Assembly (NCBI GenBank): GCA_964655275.1
Contig: CAZZMI010000001.1
Location: 102,504 to 166,153 of the forward strand
Length of the DNA stretch: 63,650 nucleotides
Reading direction: 5' to 3'
Source of the DNA: an uncultured Anaerolineae bacterium
GTDB taxonomy: Bacteria; Chloroflexota; Anaerolineae; SpSt-600
Shown here: positions 18,188-28,695 of the stretch, one piece after another
Numbering within the stretch: position 1 is the first letter of the stretch
How the letters are laid out: every line of letters begins with the position of its first letter
The notes under the pieces: generated by a model
Database searches by the model: none
The model's input: only the letters and a program-made list of their open reading frames with translations
What the model was told of the DNA's origin: nothing
Made by a program: the position numbers and the translations under genes

Positions 18188-18830
18188 GATAACCTATTCC
18201 CAGACTGGCCCCCTCAAGTACCTATCCCACCTGGACCTCATAAGGCTTTGGGAGAGGTTATTGCGCAGAGCTGGGATCCCTTTAGCTTACTCCCATGGCT
18301 TTACCCCACATCCCAAAATAACGGTGGCCTCTCCTCTCCCGGTAGGATTTGAGGGATTAAACGAGGTGATGGAAATTGCCTTAACCTCTTCCATATTGCC
18401 AGAAGAGTTCCTGGCAAAAGTTCGCCCCCACCTCCCTCAAGGTCTGGACATAGTTCAAGTAGAAGTTGTCAGAGATAATAAAGTTTCCCTCCCTCAAAGG
18501 GTGGAAGCCTCGGAATACCTGGTAGTCATGCCCGATTGCGAAAAAGGAGAAGAATTGGTACAAGAGATTAGAAAATTGTTGAGCAGGAATTCTATCCCCT
18601 TCAGGCGCGAGAAAGGAGGGAAAGTTCGGGAATACGACCTTAAGCCTTTGATAAAGGGTTTGAAGCTTATGGAGAGCGATGAGCCGGGCTGTGTCCTCTG
18701 GATGCTCCTTGAGACAAGCCCATCGGCTACGGCGAGGCCAGAGGATGTGCTGAAAGTTCTCGGGCTTGAAGGGTTTGCAAAAATAAAACGCCTGAGAATT
18801 CACTTTAAGGAGGTAAACAATGGCTCTTAA
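18165..18830 (+). CDS. DUF2344 / TIGR03936-type radical-SAM-associated protein
   Basis: [46 protein letters not shown] is the family's characteristic N-terminal block. Confidence 0.7.
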   Translation: MNGSFKLRITYSQTGPLKYLSHLDLIRLWERLLRRAGIPLAYSHGFTPHPKITVASPLPVGFEGLNEVMEIALTSSILPEEFLAKVRPHLPQGLDIVQVEVVRDNKVSLPQRVEASEYLVVMPDCEKGEELVQEIRKLLSRNSIPFRREKGGKVREYDLKPLIKGLKLMESDEPGCVLWMLLETSPSATARPEDVLKVLGLEGFAKIKRLRIHFKEVNNGS

Positions 18831-20247
18831 ACCTCTGGGTAAAATCGGGCTTGATGTAAACGAACCAACCCGGCATGATGGCACACCGGCTCTACAGATG
18901 GAAAAACCAGATATAGTGGCTCACACCCAGGCTTATTTCGTCCGCCTGAATTTTATCTTGAGGCCCTGGAAAGACCCAAACGATCCTGATTTTATTGCCA
19001 CTTATGACCGGATAATTGATAAACTCCTGGAAAGAGGGATCGCGATATATGCCCTTGTAGGCTCCCAGGCCACCCCGATCCCTGACATGGGCGACATCCT
19101 CAGGGAACCAACTCCTTCTTCAGCAGCGGAAGAATGGGTGAACTTGTACGTAAAATGCTTCAAAACCATTGTGGAACACTTCTGCGACCGGGTATGGGTC
19201 TTTGAGAGTTTCAACGAACCTAATGACTGGCACGGTGGGAACAAAGCCTGGGTTCACCCCTACTGGATGGCCAGAATCCTTCAGGAAATTTACCTGGCTG
19301 TAAAGCCCCGCTTTGATGTAACCATAATCTCTGGCCCCCTCTTGGCTCATGACCTCCCAACTGGCCCCGATGACGGATCCCGCTACCTTGATGCCCTTTA
19401 CAGGACCGGGATAGGGATGCAAAAGTGGGAAGAAATACGGAGAGACCTGGGCTCGTATCCCCTGGACGGTATAGGTTACCACTTATACGTGTGTGCTTCT
19501 CCCCAATCCACCCCCGATTGCGTCCGGGTTACTTTCAAGAAATACATTGATGCTATATGGAAGGTGGTGACCAGGTACGAAGGAGAAAACACTTCTAAGG
19601 GGATATACATTTCAGAATTCGGATGGCCATCGGATAATGGGGAAGAGTTCCAGGCTAAGATGATAAGAGCAGCCCTTGAATATGTGGCTGGCGACCCCAG
19701 AGTTAAAGCGGCAGTGCTTTTCTGCCTCCAGGATTTCGCCGATAAAAGCTACGGCCTTTATAAGTCCGAGGGCTTTGAAACAGCCCACCGAAAAGCCAAA
19801 CCTTACTGGGTTTTCCGCTCCACGATTGCCCGGCTGCCGACGGAAATAGTTCCGGCGGGAGTTGGAAGGGATAAAGACGGTACCCTCTACTGGCCCATCG
19901 TAGAATGCTACCTGAGGCATGGAGGAGAAGAAGCGCTTGGTTTACCCTTTGATAACGGAGGCGGCATACCAGTTCACCGCTGGGGGGATGGGTGGGTTCA
20001 GGACTTCCGCACCCCTTCAGGAAGACGTGAGTCCATCATAATGCTGAAACGTGGGGAAAGGAAGGCTTACCTCCTTTACGGTCCCATCCGGGATGAATAT
20101 ATCTATCGCCAGGGAGGCCCTCTTGGCCCCCTCGGTTACCCTATAACCGATGTTTATCTGGACGAATGGGGGCTCCCAGCTTGCAAGTTTGAAGGAGGAG
20201 AAATAGTCTGCAGGCCCGTGGTGAAAATCCGTGGAGGAAAAGCATGA
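18820..20247 (+). CDS. Clan GH-A-like glycoside hydrolase homologue with C-terminal LGFP-like repeats; no signal peptide seen
   Basis: FESFNEPNDWHGG (acid/base NEP) and IYISEFGWPS (nucleophile Glu). C-terminal GEEALGLPFDNGG and GGPLGPLGYPITD. AGGAGG RBS. Confidence 0.6.
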   Translation: MALKPLGKIGLDVNEPTRHDGTPALQMEKPDIVAHTQAYFVRLNFILRPWKDPNDPDFIATYDRIIDKLLERGIAIYALVGSQATPIPDMGDILREPTPSSAAEEWVNLYVKCFKTIVEHFCDRVWVFESFNEPNDWHGGNKAWVHPYWMARILQEIYLAVKPRFDVTIISGPLLAHDLPTGPDDGSRYLDALYRTGIGMQKWEEIRRDLGSYPLDGIGYHLYVCASPQSTPDCVRVTFKKYIDAIWKVVTRYEGENTSKGIYISEFGWPSDNGEEFQAKMIRAALEYVAGDPRVKAAVLFCLQDFADKSYGLYKSEGFETAHRKAKPYWVFRSTIARLPTEIVPAGVGRDKDGTLYWPIVECYLRHGGEEALGLPFDNGGGIPVHRWGDGWVQDFRTPSGRRESIIMLKRGERKAYLLYGPIRDEYIYRQGGPLGPLGYPITDVYLDEWGLPACKFEGGEIVCRPVVKIRGGKA

Positions 20248-21578
20248 GGAGGAAAGTCTTGCCTCTATTACTTATTCTGGCTGCCTTTATTGGCCTGGGA
20301 GTTGCGGCATGGCAAATTTTTTCCCCTGAAGGAATCAGTCCTGAAAAGGGGGGTTTTTTCGGAACCATTGAAGCAGAAGAGGTGGCCATTTCATCCGAAA
20401 CGGGAGGCAAAGTCAAGGTCATACATGTGAGCAAAGGGGATTGGGTTGAAGCCGGACAACTTCTGGTGGAACTGGATACGGAACTTTTGGACCTTCAGAT
20501 AAGGCAGGCGGAAGCAGCTCTGAAAATGGCCCAGGCAAAACTTGCCCTCCTTAAAGCCGGCCCTCGGATTGAGGAAATCCGCAAGGCTGAAGCTGAACTC
20601 GCTCAGGCAGAAGCTGCCAGAGATACGGCACAGAAAGTTCTGGAAATAGCCAGGGCTATGCTGGCTAACCCTCAAGATTTGAATGCTCAAATTAATGCCT
20701 TAGAAGGCCAGGCGAAATTCATGGAGGAATCCCTCAAAGCCGCTTATCACCGCATTCAGGCTGCTGAAGCTGAGTACTCGTTGTTTAAGGAAATGGTTCC
20801 AGCCCTTGAAAAGGGGGTTGTGGTGGAAATTCCCATCCCCGGAGGCGGGGTTATTACCAGAACTATAGAGACACCACGCTATCAACTTGATGAAATGCTC
20901 TACCAGTGGAACCTTTCCTCTCAACGGCTTAGCCTTGCCTGGGAAGAATATAATGCCTTGAAGTCATCCTTTGACCAGACCCAAAAAACCCTGGAGCTTT
21001 TGAAAAAAATAAAGGAGAATCCTCTCCAGTTGAAAGAGCAAGTCCACAAGGCTGAAGCCAGCCTCAAGCTTGCCGAAGCGATGGTAGAATTGGCTAAGGC
21101 AAAACTTGAAGCCCTTAAAAGCAGGCCCAGGGCTGAAGACATTGAAGCGGCAGAAGCGGAGGTAGAAAGGGCAAAAGCTGCTCTGGAAGCTCTCAAGTCC
21201 AAGCGGGAAAAATTTCTCCTTTATGCCCCTATAAGCGGCTGGGTTACCACCCAGGCTTATGAGGAAGGAGAAATAGTGCCACCTAACGCAACAATTCTAA
21301 AAATTGCCAATCTCAAGGAGCTAACCCTTACTGTCTACGTTCCTGAACCAGACATAGGCCAGGTGCGCCTGGGACAAAAGGTCAGGGTTAAAGTGGATTC
21401 GTTCCCGGGCGAAACGTTTGAAGGGAAAATAGTTTACATTTCACCACGGGCTGAATTCACTCCGAAAAGCGTTCAAACCAGGGAGGAAAGGGTTAACCTG
21501 GTTTTCCGGGTGAAAGTTCGCATCTCTAATCCCGAGGGCAAGCTTAAGGCCGGAATGCCTGCCGAAGCTTACTTTTAA
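20244..21578 (+). CDS. HlyD-family membrane-fusion / periplasmic adaptor-like protein with long coiled coil
   Basis: N-terminal TM segment, lipoyl-like block GGKVKVIHVSKGDWVEAGQLLVELD, long Ala/Glu/Lys coiled coil, and C-terminal beta-barrel block GKLKAGMPAEAYF. Confidence 0.8.
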   Translation: MRRKVLPLLLILAAFIGLGVAAWQIFSPEGISPEKGGFFGTIEAEEVAISSETGGKVKVIHVSKGDWVEAGQLLVELDTELLDLQIRQAEAALKMAQAKLALLKAGPRIEEIRKAEAELAQAEAARDTAQKVLEIARAMLANPQDLNAQINALEGQAKFMEESLKAAYHRIQAAEAEYSLFKEMVPALEKGVVVEIPIPGGGVITRTIETPRYQLDEMLYQWNLSSQRLSLAWEEYNALKSSFDQTQKTLELLKKIKENPLQLKEQVHKAEASLKLAEAMVELAKAKLEALKSRPRAEDIEAAEAEVERAKAALEALKSKREKFLLYAPISGWVTTQAYEEGEIVPPNATILKIANLKELTLTVYVPEPDIGQVRLGQKVRVKVDSFPGETFEGKIVYISPRAEFTPKSVQTREERVNLVFRVKVRISNPEGKLKAGMPAEAYF

Positions 21579-21592
21579 TCCGGGAGGATTAA

Positions 21593-22198
21593 GTGCGTAA
21601 ACTGTTAATTGCCACCAATAACAAAGGCAAGCTGGCTGAATACCTTGAGCTTTTAAAGGGATTGCCGTTTGAACTTACCTGGCCGGAGAAGGAAGGCCTT
21701 AAGCTTGAGGTAAAAGAGAGGGATAGCTCTTACTACGAAAATGCTTCGCATAAAGCAATAACGTGGGCCAAAGCTTCTGGCCTTATAACCATAGCCGATG
21801 ATTCCGGCCTTGAAGTGGATGCCCTTGGTGGTGCTCCCGGTCCCTTATCGGCCCGTTATGGAGGATTGAAAACGGATCGCGAAAAATACGGGCTTTTGCT
21901 CCGTGAAATGACAAATATACCATGGGAAAAAAGAACAGCTCGTTTCCGCTGTGTAATCGCCCTCGCCTTCCCTGACGGTCAAGTTTATACTTTTGAGGGG
22001 GTAAAGGAAGGGTTGATAGCTCTGGAACCCAGAGGGGAACACGGGTTCGGGTACGATCCTGTCTTTTTCCTCCCTGAGATGGGGAAAACCATGGCACAGC
22101 TTACCCTTGAGGAGAAAAATAAGATAAGCCACAGAGCACAGGCTGCCAGGAAACTCCGGGAATTTCTCGCCACTATTGGCTCCCCTGAGCTGGATTAG
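21593..22198 (+). CDS. rdgB: Non-canonical purine NTP pyrophosphatase (Ham1/RdgB)
   Basis: LLIATNNKGKLAEY, DDSGLEVDALGGAPG, GFGYDPVF and ISHRAQA motifs. GTG start after GGGAGGA. Confidence 0.9.
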   Translation: MRKLLIATNNKGKLAEYLELLKGLPFELTWPEKEGLKLEVKERDSSYYENASHKAITWAKASGLITIADDSGLEVDALGGAPGPLSARYGGLKTDREKYGLLLREMTNIPWEKRTARFRCVIALAFPDGQVYTFEGVKEGLIALEPRGEHGFGYDPVFFLPEMGKTMAQLTLEEKNKISHRAQAARKLREFLATIGSPELD

Positions 22199-22200
22199 TT

Positions 22201-22962
22201 CTACTCGGCCTTTACGCCGGGTATTATATATTGAATTTGCTTGAAGGGTTTAACCTGCTCTCCTACCTGATCCTTAATTATGTTGCCCGATACATGCATG
22301 AGGGTATCGCCATAAGCGGGGTCTTTTTCCATACTGGCCAGGCATGGGTAATGGTGATGGAGCAAACCTGCCTTTTCTTCAGCCTCATCAGCGGAAACGC
22401 CCACAAGGTTCCGGGCTACATATCTGGCACACCCGCAAACAGCATCCCTTATCACTTCAACGGATTCTATCGTTCTGGTTTTGGGGTCAATTTTAACGTG
22501 TAATTCAGGCCTTCCAAAATAGCGGGTGAACTCAGCTAAAAATGGGTCGCTATATTCAACTTTCTGGCGACGGCCTATCAGGTAATGGTCCGGGGCAAGG
22601 GAACATAGGGGTTTAGGGGTAACACAAGTTACCCCCATTTCTTTAAGCCACTCCCGAAGCTGACGGGCAAGCCCTGGAGGGAGCCAATTTTCGTTATCAA
22701 CTGCTACCAGAACTGCCTTCGCTCCAGCCATCCGGACAATTTCCGGCAGCAGCTCAGCTACGCCGGGATGCTCAGCAAAGGAAAGTATAAGGTCAACGGC
22801 TGGGAGAGATGAAGGCAAAAATTCATCAGGATCATCTACAACAGGGGGCAAGAAAGCGGGCGCTTTCCAAACTTCAATATGCCAGTCTTTCGGGCCGTGC
22901 GCCCTTATATTATCAACGTGCCTCTGACCATATTCCCCGGATACGATGGCAAGGATCCGCAT
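22201..22962 (-). CDS. DUF166-family protein (COG1810-like), Cys/His-rich
   Basis: MRILAIVSGEYGQRHVDNIRAHGP...FLPPVVDDPDEFLP recalls DUF166. It has the Cys/His clusters VCGCARY and HHHYPCLASM. The ATG at 22962 lies 7 nt after the upstream stop. Confidence 0.5.
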   Translation of the reverse strand: MRILAIVSGEYGQRHVDNIRAHGPKDWHIEVWKAPAFLPPVVDDPDEFLPSSLPAVDLILSFAEHPGVAELLPEIVRMAGAKAVLVAVDNENWLPPGLARQLREWLKEMGVTCVTPKPLCSLAPDHYLIGRRQKVEYSDPFLAEFTRYFGRPELHVKIDPKTRTIESVEVIRDAVCGCARYVARNLVGVSADEAEEKAGLLHHHYPCLASMEKDPAYGDTLMHVSGNIIKDQVGEQVKPFKQIQYIIPGVKAE

Positions 22963-22969
22963 AGCCCCC

Positions 22970-23605
22970 TCACTCCGCAAATTCAACTATTACCTCCTTC
23001 ACATCCCAGAGCGGCTCAATCTTTTCCACAATTTCTTCCCTTATAGCATTGGCAAACTGGTGATGGGAAGGCAGATCCACTACTACTCGCACAGTGCCGT
23101 CTTTGACTTCTATTTCTTTGACCAGGTTAGTGCGCACCAAGTCCAGCCCTGTAAGAGGATTCATTACCTTCTTGAGGCGCTTCCTAACAACTTCAACTGT
23201 GGTAGGTTCTTTTTCTTTAACCAGACCATGGCGCTCTTCGTAGTTCTGTATGGCAGCCCGCAACCCTTCTACCGCCAGGACTGAGCAATGGGCTTTGATA
23301 GGGGGCAACCCTCCGAGAGCTTCTGAAGCTTGCTTCCACGTAATCTTCTTAGCTTCCTCAATGGTTTTCCCCTTTGCCAGTTCAGTTATTATGGAGCCAG
23401 TGGCGATGTTGGAGGCGCATCCGTAAGATTCAAACTTGATGTCGGTAATCACTTTGGTTTCGGGGTCTACTTTTATGTAAACAGCCACCATATCGCCGCA
23501 GGCTGGGCTCCCTTCAATGGCTTTACCGTCGGCATCCTCTATCCGGCCCACATTCCTGGGATTTCGGAAATGTTCCAAAACTTTCTCACTATATGGGAAT
23601 CTCAT
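22970..23605 (-). CDS. Fe-S cluster scaffold fusion: IscU/NifU N-terminal domain plus DUF59 (MIP18/SufT-like) domain
   Basis: IscU Cys triad GSPACGDM, ESYGCASNIA and KAHCSVLA. C-terminal VMNPLTGLDLVRTNLVKEIEVKDGTVRVVVDL is DUF59-like. AAAGGAGGGGGA RBS before the ATG at 23605. Confidence 0.8.
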   Translation of the reverse strand: MRFPYSEKVLEHFRNPRNVGRIEDADGKAIEGSPACGDMVAVYIKVDPETKVITDIKFESYGCASNIATGSIITELAKGKTIEEAKKITWKQASEALGGLPPIKAHCSVLAVEGLRAAIQNYEERHGLVKEKEPTTVEVVRKRLKKVMNPLTGLDLVRTNLVKEIEVKDGTVRVVVDLPSHHQFANAIREEIVEKIEPLWDVKEVIVEFAE

Positions 23606-23731
23606 ATCCCCCTCCTTTCCGGCTTTTAGTTTAAGGCAAATTCCATAGCTATACAGTGACAAAAGTCTCCTTGAAAATGCAAAGGGGCATCCCTTTGGGG
23701 ATGCCCCTGCCTGGAAATCAAGCCTTCCGGC

Positions 23732-25381
23732 CTATTTTAGCATCGGTATCTTGAGGTTATACTTCTTAGCTACTTCAATAGCCTCCTCATAACCCGCATC
23801 CACGTGGCGTATCACACCCATCCAGGGGTCAGCGGTGAGGACTCGCTCCAAACGCCGGGCTGCTTCGGGTGTGCCATCGGCTACGATTACCTGACCAGCA
23901 TGGACCGAATAGCCAACACCAACCCCACCGCCGGAGTGAATAGCTACCCAGGTAGCACCACAGACAGCGTTGAGGAGAGCGTTGAGAAGAGGCCAGTCGG
24001 CAATGGCATCAGAGCCGTCCTTCATCCCTTCCGTCTCCCGCCTGGGCGATGCCACTGAGCCAGCATCCAGGTGGTCGCGTCCGATGACTATAGGGGCCTT
24101 GACTTTGCCTGAAGCCACCAGTTCGTTGAATTTAAGGCCAGCTTTGTCCCTTTCCCCATACCCGAGCCAGCAGATGCGGGCGGGAAGGCCCTGGAACTTT
24201 ACTTTCTTCTGAGCCATCTTTATCCACCGCACCAGATGCTCATCCTCAGGGAATAGTTCAATTATGGCCTGGTCCGTCACGTAGATATCCTCGGGATCAC
24301 CGGAGAGAGCTACCCAACGGAAGGGCCCTTTGCCCTGGCAGAAAAGGGGACGAATGTAAGCTTTCACGAAACCCGGGTAATTAAAGGCATCTTTCACGCC
24401 GGCATCGTAGGCCCTCTGGCGCAAGTTGTTTCCGTAATCAAAGACTATAGCGCCGCGCTTCTGGAACTCCAGCATTGCCTGCACGTGTTCAGCCATGGAG
24501 GCCATGGAGCGGCGCACGTATTCCTTGGGATCTTTGCGACGGAGTTCAGCCGCTTCCTCTACAGAAAGGCCTCTGGGGATATACATGAGCGGGTCATGAG
24601 CGGGGGTCTGGTCCGTCACTACATCAGGGGTTATGCCTCTGACCACCAGCTCTGGATAGACATCAGCAGCGTTTCCTATAAGGCCTATGGATTTGGCTTC
24701 TCCTTTCTTGAGAGCTTCCTCTACCATGGTCATAGCTTCTTCAAGATCGTTCACTACTACGTCCAGGTAGCCCGTTTCCAGACGCCTCTGGGCTCTCCAG
24801 GGGTCAACCTCCACAATCAGGGCTACACCCTCATTCATGGTAACGGCAAGGGGCTGTGCCCCTCCCATTTCGCCCAGACCAGCGCTCAGGACAAACTTAC
24901 CCTTAAGGCTTGGCCATCCGGCAGAACGGGCTGCGGCAGCGAAGGTTTCGTAAGTGCCCTGGAGAATGCCCTGAGTGCCTATGTAAATCCAGGCCCCCGC
25001 CGTCATTTGTGCGAACATTATTAACCCCAGCCGTTCCAGTTCGTCAAAGTATTCCTGAGTTGCCCAGGCCGGGACAAGGTTAGAGTTGGCCATAAGGACC
25101 CTTGGGGCATCCAGATGGGTGCGGAAAACGCCCACCGGCTTTCCCGATTGGATTAGCAAGGTCTCATCGGGTTCCATCTCCTCCAGAGTCCTAAGGATGG
25201 CCTCAAAGCATTCCCAGTTCCTGGCGGCCTTTCCCCTCCCTCCATAAACGATGAGGTTATCGGGGTCGCCAGCCACTTCTGGATCAAGGTTGTTTTGGAG
25301 CATTCTGTAGGGGGCTTCCAAGAGCCAACTTTTGCAGTGTAATTGGGTTCCCCTTGGCGCACGAATTATCCTCTTGGGCAT
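23732..25381 (-). CDS. hutU: Urocanate hydratase
   Basis: Full-length (549 aa) match to urocanase blocks: [52 protein letters not shown]. Confidence 0.9.
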   Translation of the reverse strand: MPKRIIRAPRGTQLHCKSWLLEAPYRMLQNNLDPEVAGDPDNLIVYGGRGKAARNWECFEAILRTLEEMEPDETLLIQSGKPVGVFRTHLDAPRVLMANSNLVPAWATQEYFDELERLGLIMFAQMTAGAWIYIGTQGILQGTYETFAAAARSAGWPSLKGKFVLSAGLGEMGGAQPLAVTMNEGVALIVEVDPWRAQRRLETGYLDVVVNDLEEAMTMVEEALKKGEAKSIGLIGNAADVYPELVVRGITPDVVTDQTPAHDPLMYIPRGLSVEEAAELRRKDPKEYVRRSMASMAEHVQAMLEFQKRGAIVFDYGNNLRQRAYDAGVKDAFNYPGFVKAYIRPLFCQGKGPFRWVALSGDPEDIYVTDQAIIELFPEDEHLVRWIKMAQKKVKFQGLPARICWLGYGERDKAGLKFNELVASGKVKAPIVIGRDHLDAGSVASPRRETEGMKDGSDAIADWPLLNALLNAVCGATWVAIHSGGGVGVGYSVHAGQVIVADGTPEAARRLERVLTADPWMGVIRHVDAGYEEAIEVAKKYNLKIPMLK

Positions 25382-25404
25382 AGTCCACCTCCTTTTCTTG
25401 AAAA

Positions 25405-26112
25405 TTAAACTCCTCCAAGATAAGCCGCTTGCACCTTAGGGTTTAAACGCAACTCCTCAGCGGTCCCCTCTAAAACAATTCGGCCATTTTCTAGCACATA
25501 GCCCCTTTGCACGATTTTGAGGGCCTCGTGAGCGTTCTGCTCCACCAGAAGGAGCGAAACACCTCCCCGGTGAAGTTTGCTCAGGGCTTTAAAGACCATT
25601 TCCACCACTATCGGAGAAAGCCCCATGGAAGCTTCATCCACCAGGAGAAGGCGCGGCTCCCTTATGACGGCCCTTCCTATAGCCAGCATTTGCTGCTCAC
25701 CTCCGGAAAGGGTTCCAGCCTTCTGGTGGCGCCTCTCAGCCAGGATGGGAAAGAGCGAAAAGACGAAACTAAGCCTTTCCCTGAACTTTACCGGATTTGG
25801 CTCCAGGTAAGCTCCAAGGCGCAGGTTTTCCTCCACCGAAAGGTCTGGGAAAACCCGGCGCCCCTCAGGGACTACCGCCAAGCCTCGCGCTGCCCTTTCC
25901 CAGGGAGGTAGCAAAGTGATATCTTCTCCTTCAAACTCTATTCGCCCTTCAGCTGGCCTGATCCAACCCATCAATGCTTTTATGAGGGTGCTTTTGCCAG
26001 CTCCATTGGCTCCAAGAACAGCGATAGCTTCTCCGTCTTTTATCGTTAAAGAAACTCCGTGCAGGACAACCGCTTGCCCGTAAGCCACTTTTAGATTTTC
26101 AACTTTGAGCAT
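25405..26112 (-). CDS. livF: Branched-chain amino acid-type ABC transporter, ATP-binding protein (LivF-like)
   Basis: Walker [10 protein letters not shown], signature LSGGEQQ, Walker B LLLVDE. ATG at 26112 with GGGAGGG RBS. Confidence 0.85.
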   Translation of the reverse strand: MLKVENLKVAYGQAVVLHGVSLTIKDGEAIAVLGANGAGKSTLIKALMGWIRPAEGRIEFEGEDITLLPPWERAARGLAVVPEGRRVFPDLSVEENLRLGAYLEPNPVKFRERLSFVFSLFPILAERRHQKAGTLSGGEQQMLAIGRAVIREPRLLLVDEASMGLSPIVVEMVFKALSKLHRGGVSLLLVEQNAHEALKIVQRGYVLENGRIVLEGTAEELRLNPKVQAAYLGGV

Positions 26113-26113
26113 T

Positions 26114-26872
26114 TCAACCCTCCCTGGCACTATGGCCCAGATATGCTTCTATAACCTTCGGATCCTTCCGTATTTCTTCAGGTTTACCCTCAGCGATTAC
26201 CTGGCCGTGTGCCAGCACTACTATCCTCTGGCAAAGTCCCATGGCAAAAGGCATGTTGTGCTCTACCAAAATTATTGTAATGCCTTCAGAATTAAGCTGG
26301 CCGATTAATTTGGCCAGCTGCTCCAGTTCCTCATGGACGAGCCCGGCAGCCGGTTCGTCCAACAAAAGCAGGGAGGGCTTAAGAGCCAAAGCTCTGGCGA
26401 TCTCAAGCTGCCTTTTTATTCCAATGGGCAAATCGCCAGCCCTTGCTCCAGCGTAGCGCGCAAGCATTGTTTTCTCCAAAATCTCCTCAGCCTCTTTGCG
26501 GGCCGCGGGGGAATAATAGCTGGCAGTGAAAGCTTTTAGCTCCGGGTAGAAAGGATGCCCGAGGGCAGCTAGAACGTTTTCCAGCACACTCATATCGGAG
26601 AAAGGCTTTACAATCTGGAAAGTCCTTCCTACACCCATTGCAGCAATAACGTGTGGGCGAAGGTTGTCTATGCGCTGTTCCTTGAAGAAAATCTTGCCCG
26701 AAGTAGGCCTGAGGAAACCCGAAATAAGGTTAAAGATGGTGGTTTTTCCAGCTCCATTGGGGCCTATAAGGCCCAGAATTTCCCCCGGCCTAACTTCTAT
26801 GTCAACCCTATCAACAGCTCTGAGACCACCAAAGTGCTTGCTGAGCTTTTCAGTTCTGAGGATAGGCTTCAT
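26114..26872 (-). CDS. livG: Branched-chain amino acid-type ABC transporter, ATP-binding protein (LivG-like)
   Basis: GPNGAGKTT, LPIGIKRQLEIARAL, LLLLDEPAAG. Confidence 0.85.
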   Translation of the reverse strand: MKPILRTEKLSKHFGGLRAVDRVDIEVRPGEILGLIGPNGAGKTTIFNLISGFLRPTSGKIFFKEQRIDNLRPHVIAAMGVGRTFQIVKPFSDMSVLENVLAALGHPFYPELKAFTASYYSPAARKEAEEILEKTMLARYAGARAGDLPIGIKRQLEIARALALKPSLLLLDEPAAGLVHEELEQLAKLIGQLNSEGITIILVEHNMPFAMGLCQRIVVLAHGQVIAEGKPEEIRKDPKVIEAYLGHSAREG

Positions 26873-26875
26873 CCC

Positions 26876-27757
26876 TTACCTCCGGCCAAGCCAGGCGTTG
26901 ATTTTCTCCCAGAGCCAACTTTTATCTCCGATAATTCCCATAGGCTGGAAAAGCATCATAAGCACAAGGATACCCCCATAAAGGGTATAACGGTAATCCC
27001 CTACTACGCGTAGGTATTCCGGCAAAGCTTTGAGAAGAAAAGCGCCCAACAAAGCTCCCCTTATAGTTCCGATCCCGCCGAAGACGAGCATGGAAAGGAT
27101 AACTATTGATTCGGCAAAGGCGAAATGATCGGGGAATATACTCCCCAGGAAATGGGCATAGAGGCTTCCAGCCCCACCAGCCAGCGCCCCACTTATGATG
27201 AAAGCATATATTTTGAAACGCGCTACACTGATCCCGCACACCTCTGCAGCATCCTCATCACTTTTAACTGCCCTCAAGGCTAAACCTGCCCACCTGCGAG
27301 AAAGGTAATAGCACAGCCAAAGGGTAAAAGCGAGGTAAACCAGAACCAGAAGAAGGAATTTCTCCCCTCGGAATACAATTCCCCAGAGAGAAGGTTTGGG
27401 GATATTTATTATCCCCATGGCGCCACCGAAAAAGTCCACGTACTTGAAAATCCCCACCATTACGAAGTTTATCCCCATAGTAGCTAAAACCAGAAAGTCG
27501 TGCCGAACCCGGAGGCTGGGAAGGCCGAGAAATCCCCCTACAAGCCCTGTAATAATTATTGAAGCCAAAAAAGCGGGCCAGAAAGACCAACTATAACGAG
27601 TTGTCAGAAGAGCTGAAGTATAGGCGCCTATTCCGAAGAAAGCAGCATGCCCAAGGGAAACTTGCCCGGCATATCCTGTCAGAATATTAAGGCTCAGGGT
27701 AAGCACCGCCCAAATTCCACACAGGATTAGGATGGTTATGAAATATTGGCCGAACAT
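26876..27757 (-). CDS. livM: Branched-chain amino acid-type ABC transporter permease (LivM-like)
   Basis: Multi-TM protein with GYAGQVSLGHAAFFGIGAY block. Confidence 0.85.
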   Translation of the reverse strand: MFGQYFITILILCGIWAVLTLSLNILTGYAGQVSLGHAAFFGIGAYTSALLTTRYSWSFWPAFLASIIITGLVGGFLGLPSLRVRHDFLVLATMGINFVMVGIFKYVDFFGGAMGIINIPKPSLWGIVFRGEKFLLLVLVYLAFTLWLCYYLSRRWAGLALRAVKSDEDAAEVCGISVARFKIYAFIISGALAGGAGSLYAHFLGSIFPDHFAFAESIVILSMLVFGGIGTIRGALLGAFLLKALPEYLRVVGDYRYTLYGGILVLMMLFQPMGIIGDKSWLWEKINAWLGRR

Positions 27758-27777
27758 CGCTTCTCTCCTGGGAAAGA

Positions 27778-28647
27778 TTAGCTCCCACCAAGCAATCCTT
27801 TAGGACGAAACATTAACACAAGGATAAGCACAAGAAAAGCAATCGCATCTCTCGGCAGCACAAATCCCACGGTGGCAACCAAGAAAGTCTCAGCTAAAGC
27901 CAGGATAAAACCGGCTAAAATTGTCCCCGGTATATTGCCAAGGCCTCCCAGCACTATTATCACGAAGGCTTTGTAAGAGGGGACATCACCCATGGTGGCG
28001 AAAACTTTATTGTAGTAGACACCTACGAGTACCCCGGCGGCCGCTGCCAGAATTGAGCCTATCAGAAAGTTCAGGGCTATGACTTGATTTATATTTACAC
28101 CTAAAGCAGCCGCCATATCCCGATCCTGAGCGCTTGCCCTCCAGCCGAGACCTATTTTGGTCCTGTTCATTATTAAGTAAACAGCCAGGAGTAGGAGAAA
28201 TGTGAGGGTAAGGATCAAAACCTCGTTGGAGGTAAGGTTAAGGTAAGGCGTTCGGAGGGCTGGAAGGCCAACCTGAGCCGGAAAAGCATGCATGTAGGGG
28301 CCCAAAAGCCACTTCTTCTGGAGTAAATCCTGAGCCACCATGAAAAGGCCTATGCTGGTTATGAGGGGAACGATGCGAGGAGCATCCAGTATTTTCCGAT
28401 ATACTCCCAGGTAAATGAGAACCCCGGTTATTCCTCCTGCCACCATAGCTACAGGCAAAGACAGCCAGAAATTACCCGTAAGGTTAAAAACTCCAAGTCC
28501 CACGGCTGCCCCAATGGTGTAAACAGCGGCATGGGCGATGTGCAGGATCTGAAGGATCCCATAGACCATTGTGAGGCCGATAGCCAGAAGAATGTATATG
28601 CACCCCAGCACTAAACCACTTGCGAGAATTTGAAGGAAAGAGCTCAT
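27778..28647 (-). CDS. livH: Branched-chain amino acid-type ABC transporter permease (LivH-like)
   Basis: Multi-TM protein. LHIAHAAVYTIGA and GGLGNIPGTILAGF blocks. Confidence 0.85.
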   Translation of the reverse strand: MSSFLQILASGLVLGCIYILLAIGLTMVYGILQILHIAHAAVYTIGAAVGLGVFNLTGNFWLSLPVAMVAGGITGVLIYLGVYRKILDAPRIVPLITSIGLFMVAQDLLQKKWLLGPYMHAFPAQVGLPALRTPYLNLTSNEVLILTLTFLLLLAVYLIMNRTKIGLGWRASAQDRDMAAALGVNINQVIALNFLIGSILAAAAGVLVGVYYNKVFATMGDVPSYKAFVIIVLGGLGNIPGTILAGFILALAETFLVATVGFVLPRDAIAFLVLILVLMFRPKGLLGGS

Positions 28648-28695
28648 TGCTATCCCCCCGGTAAAAAGTGCCCCCGGAACCCCGGATTTAAAGGT

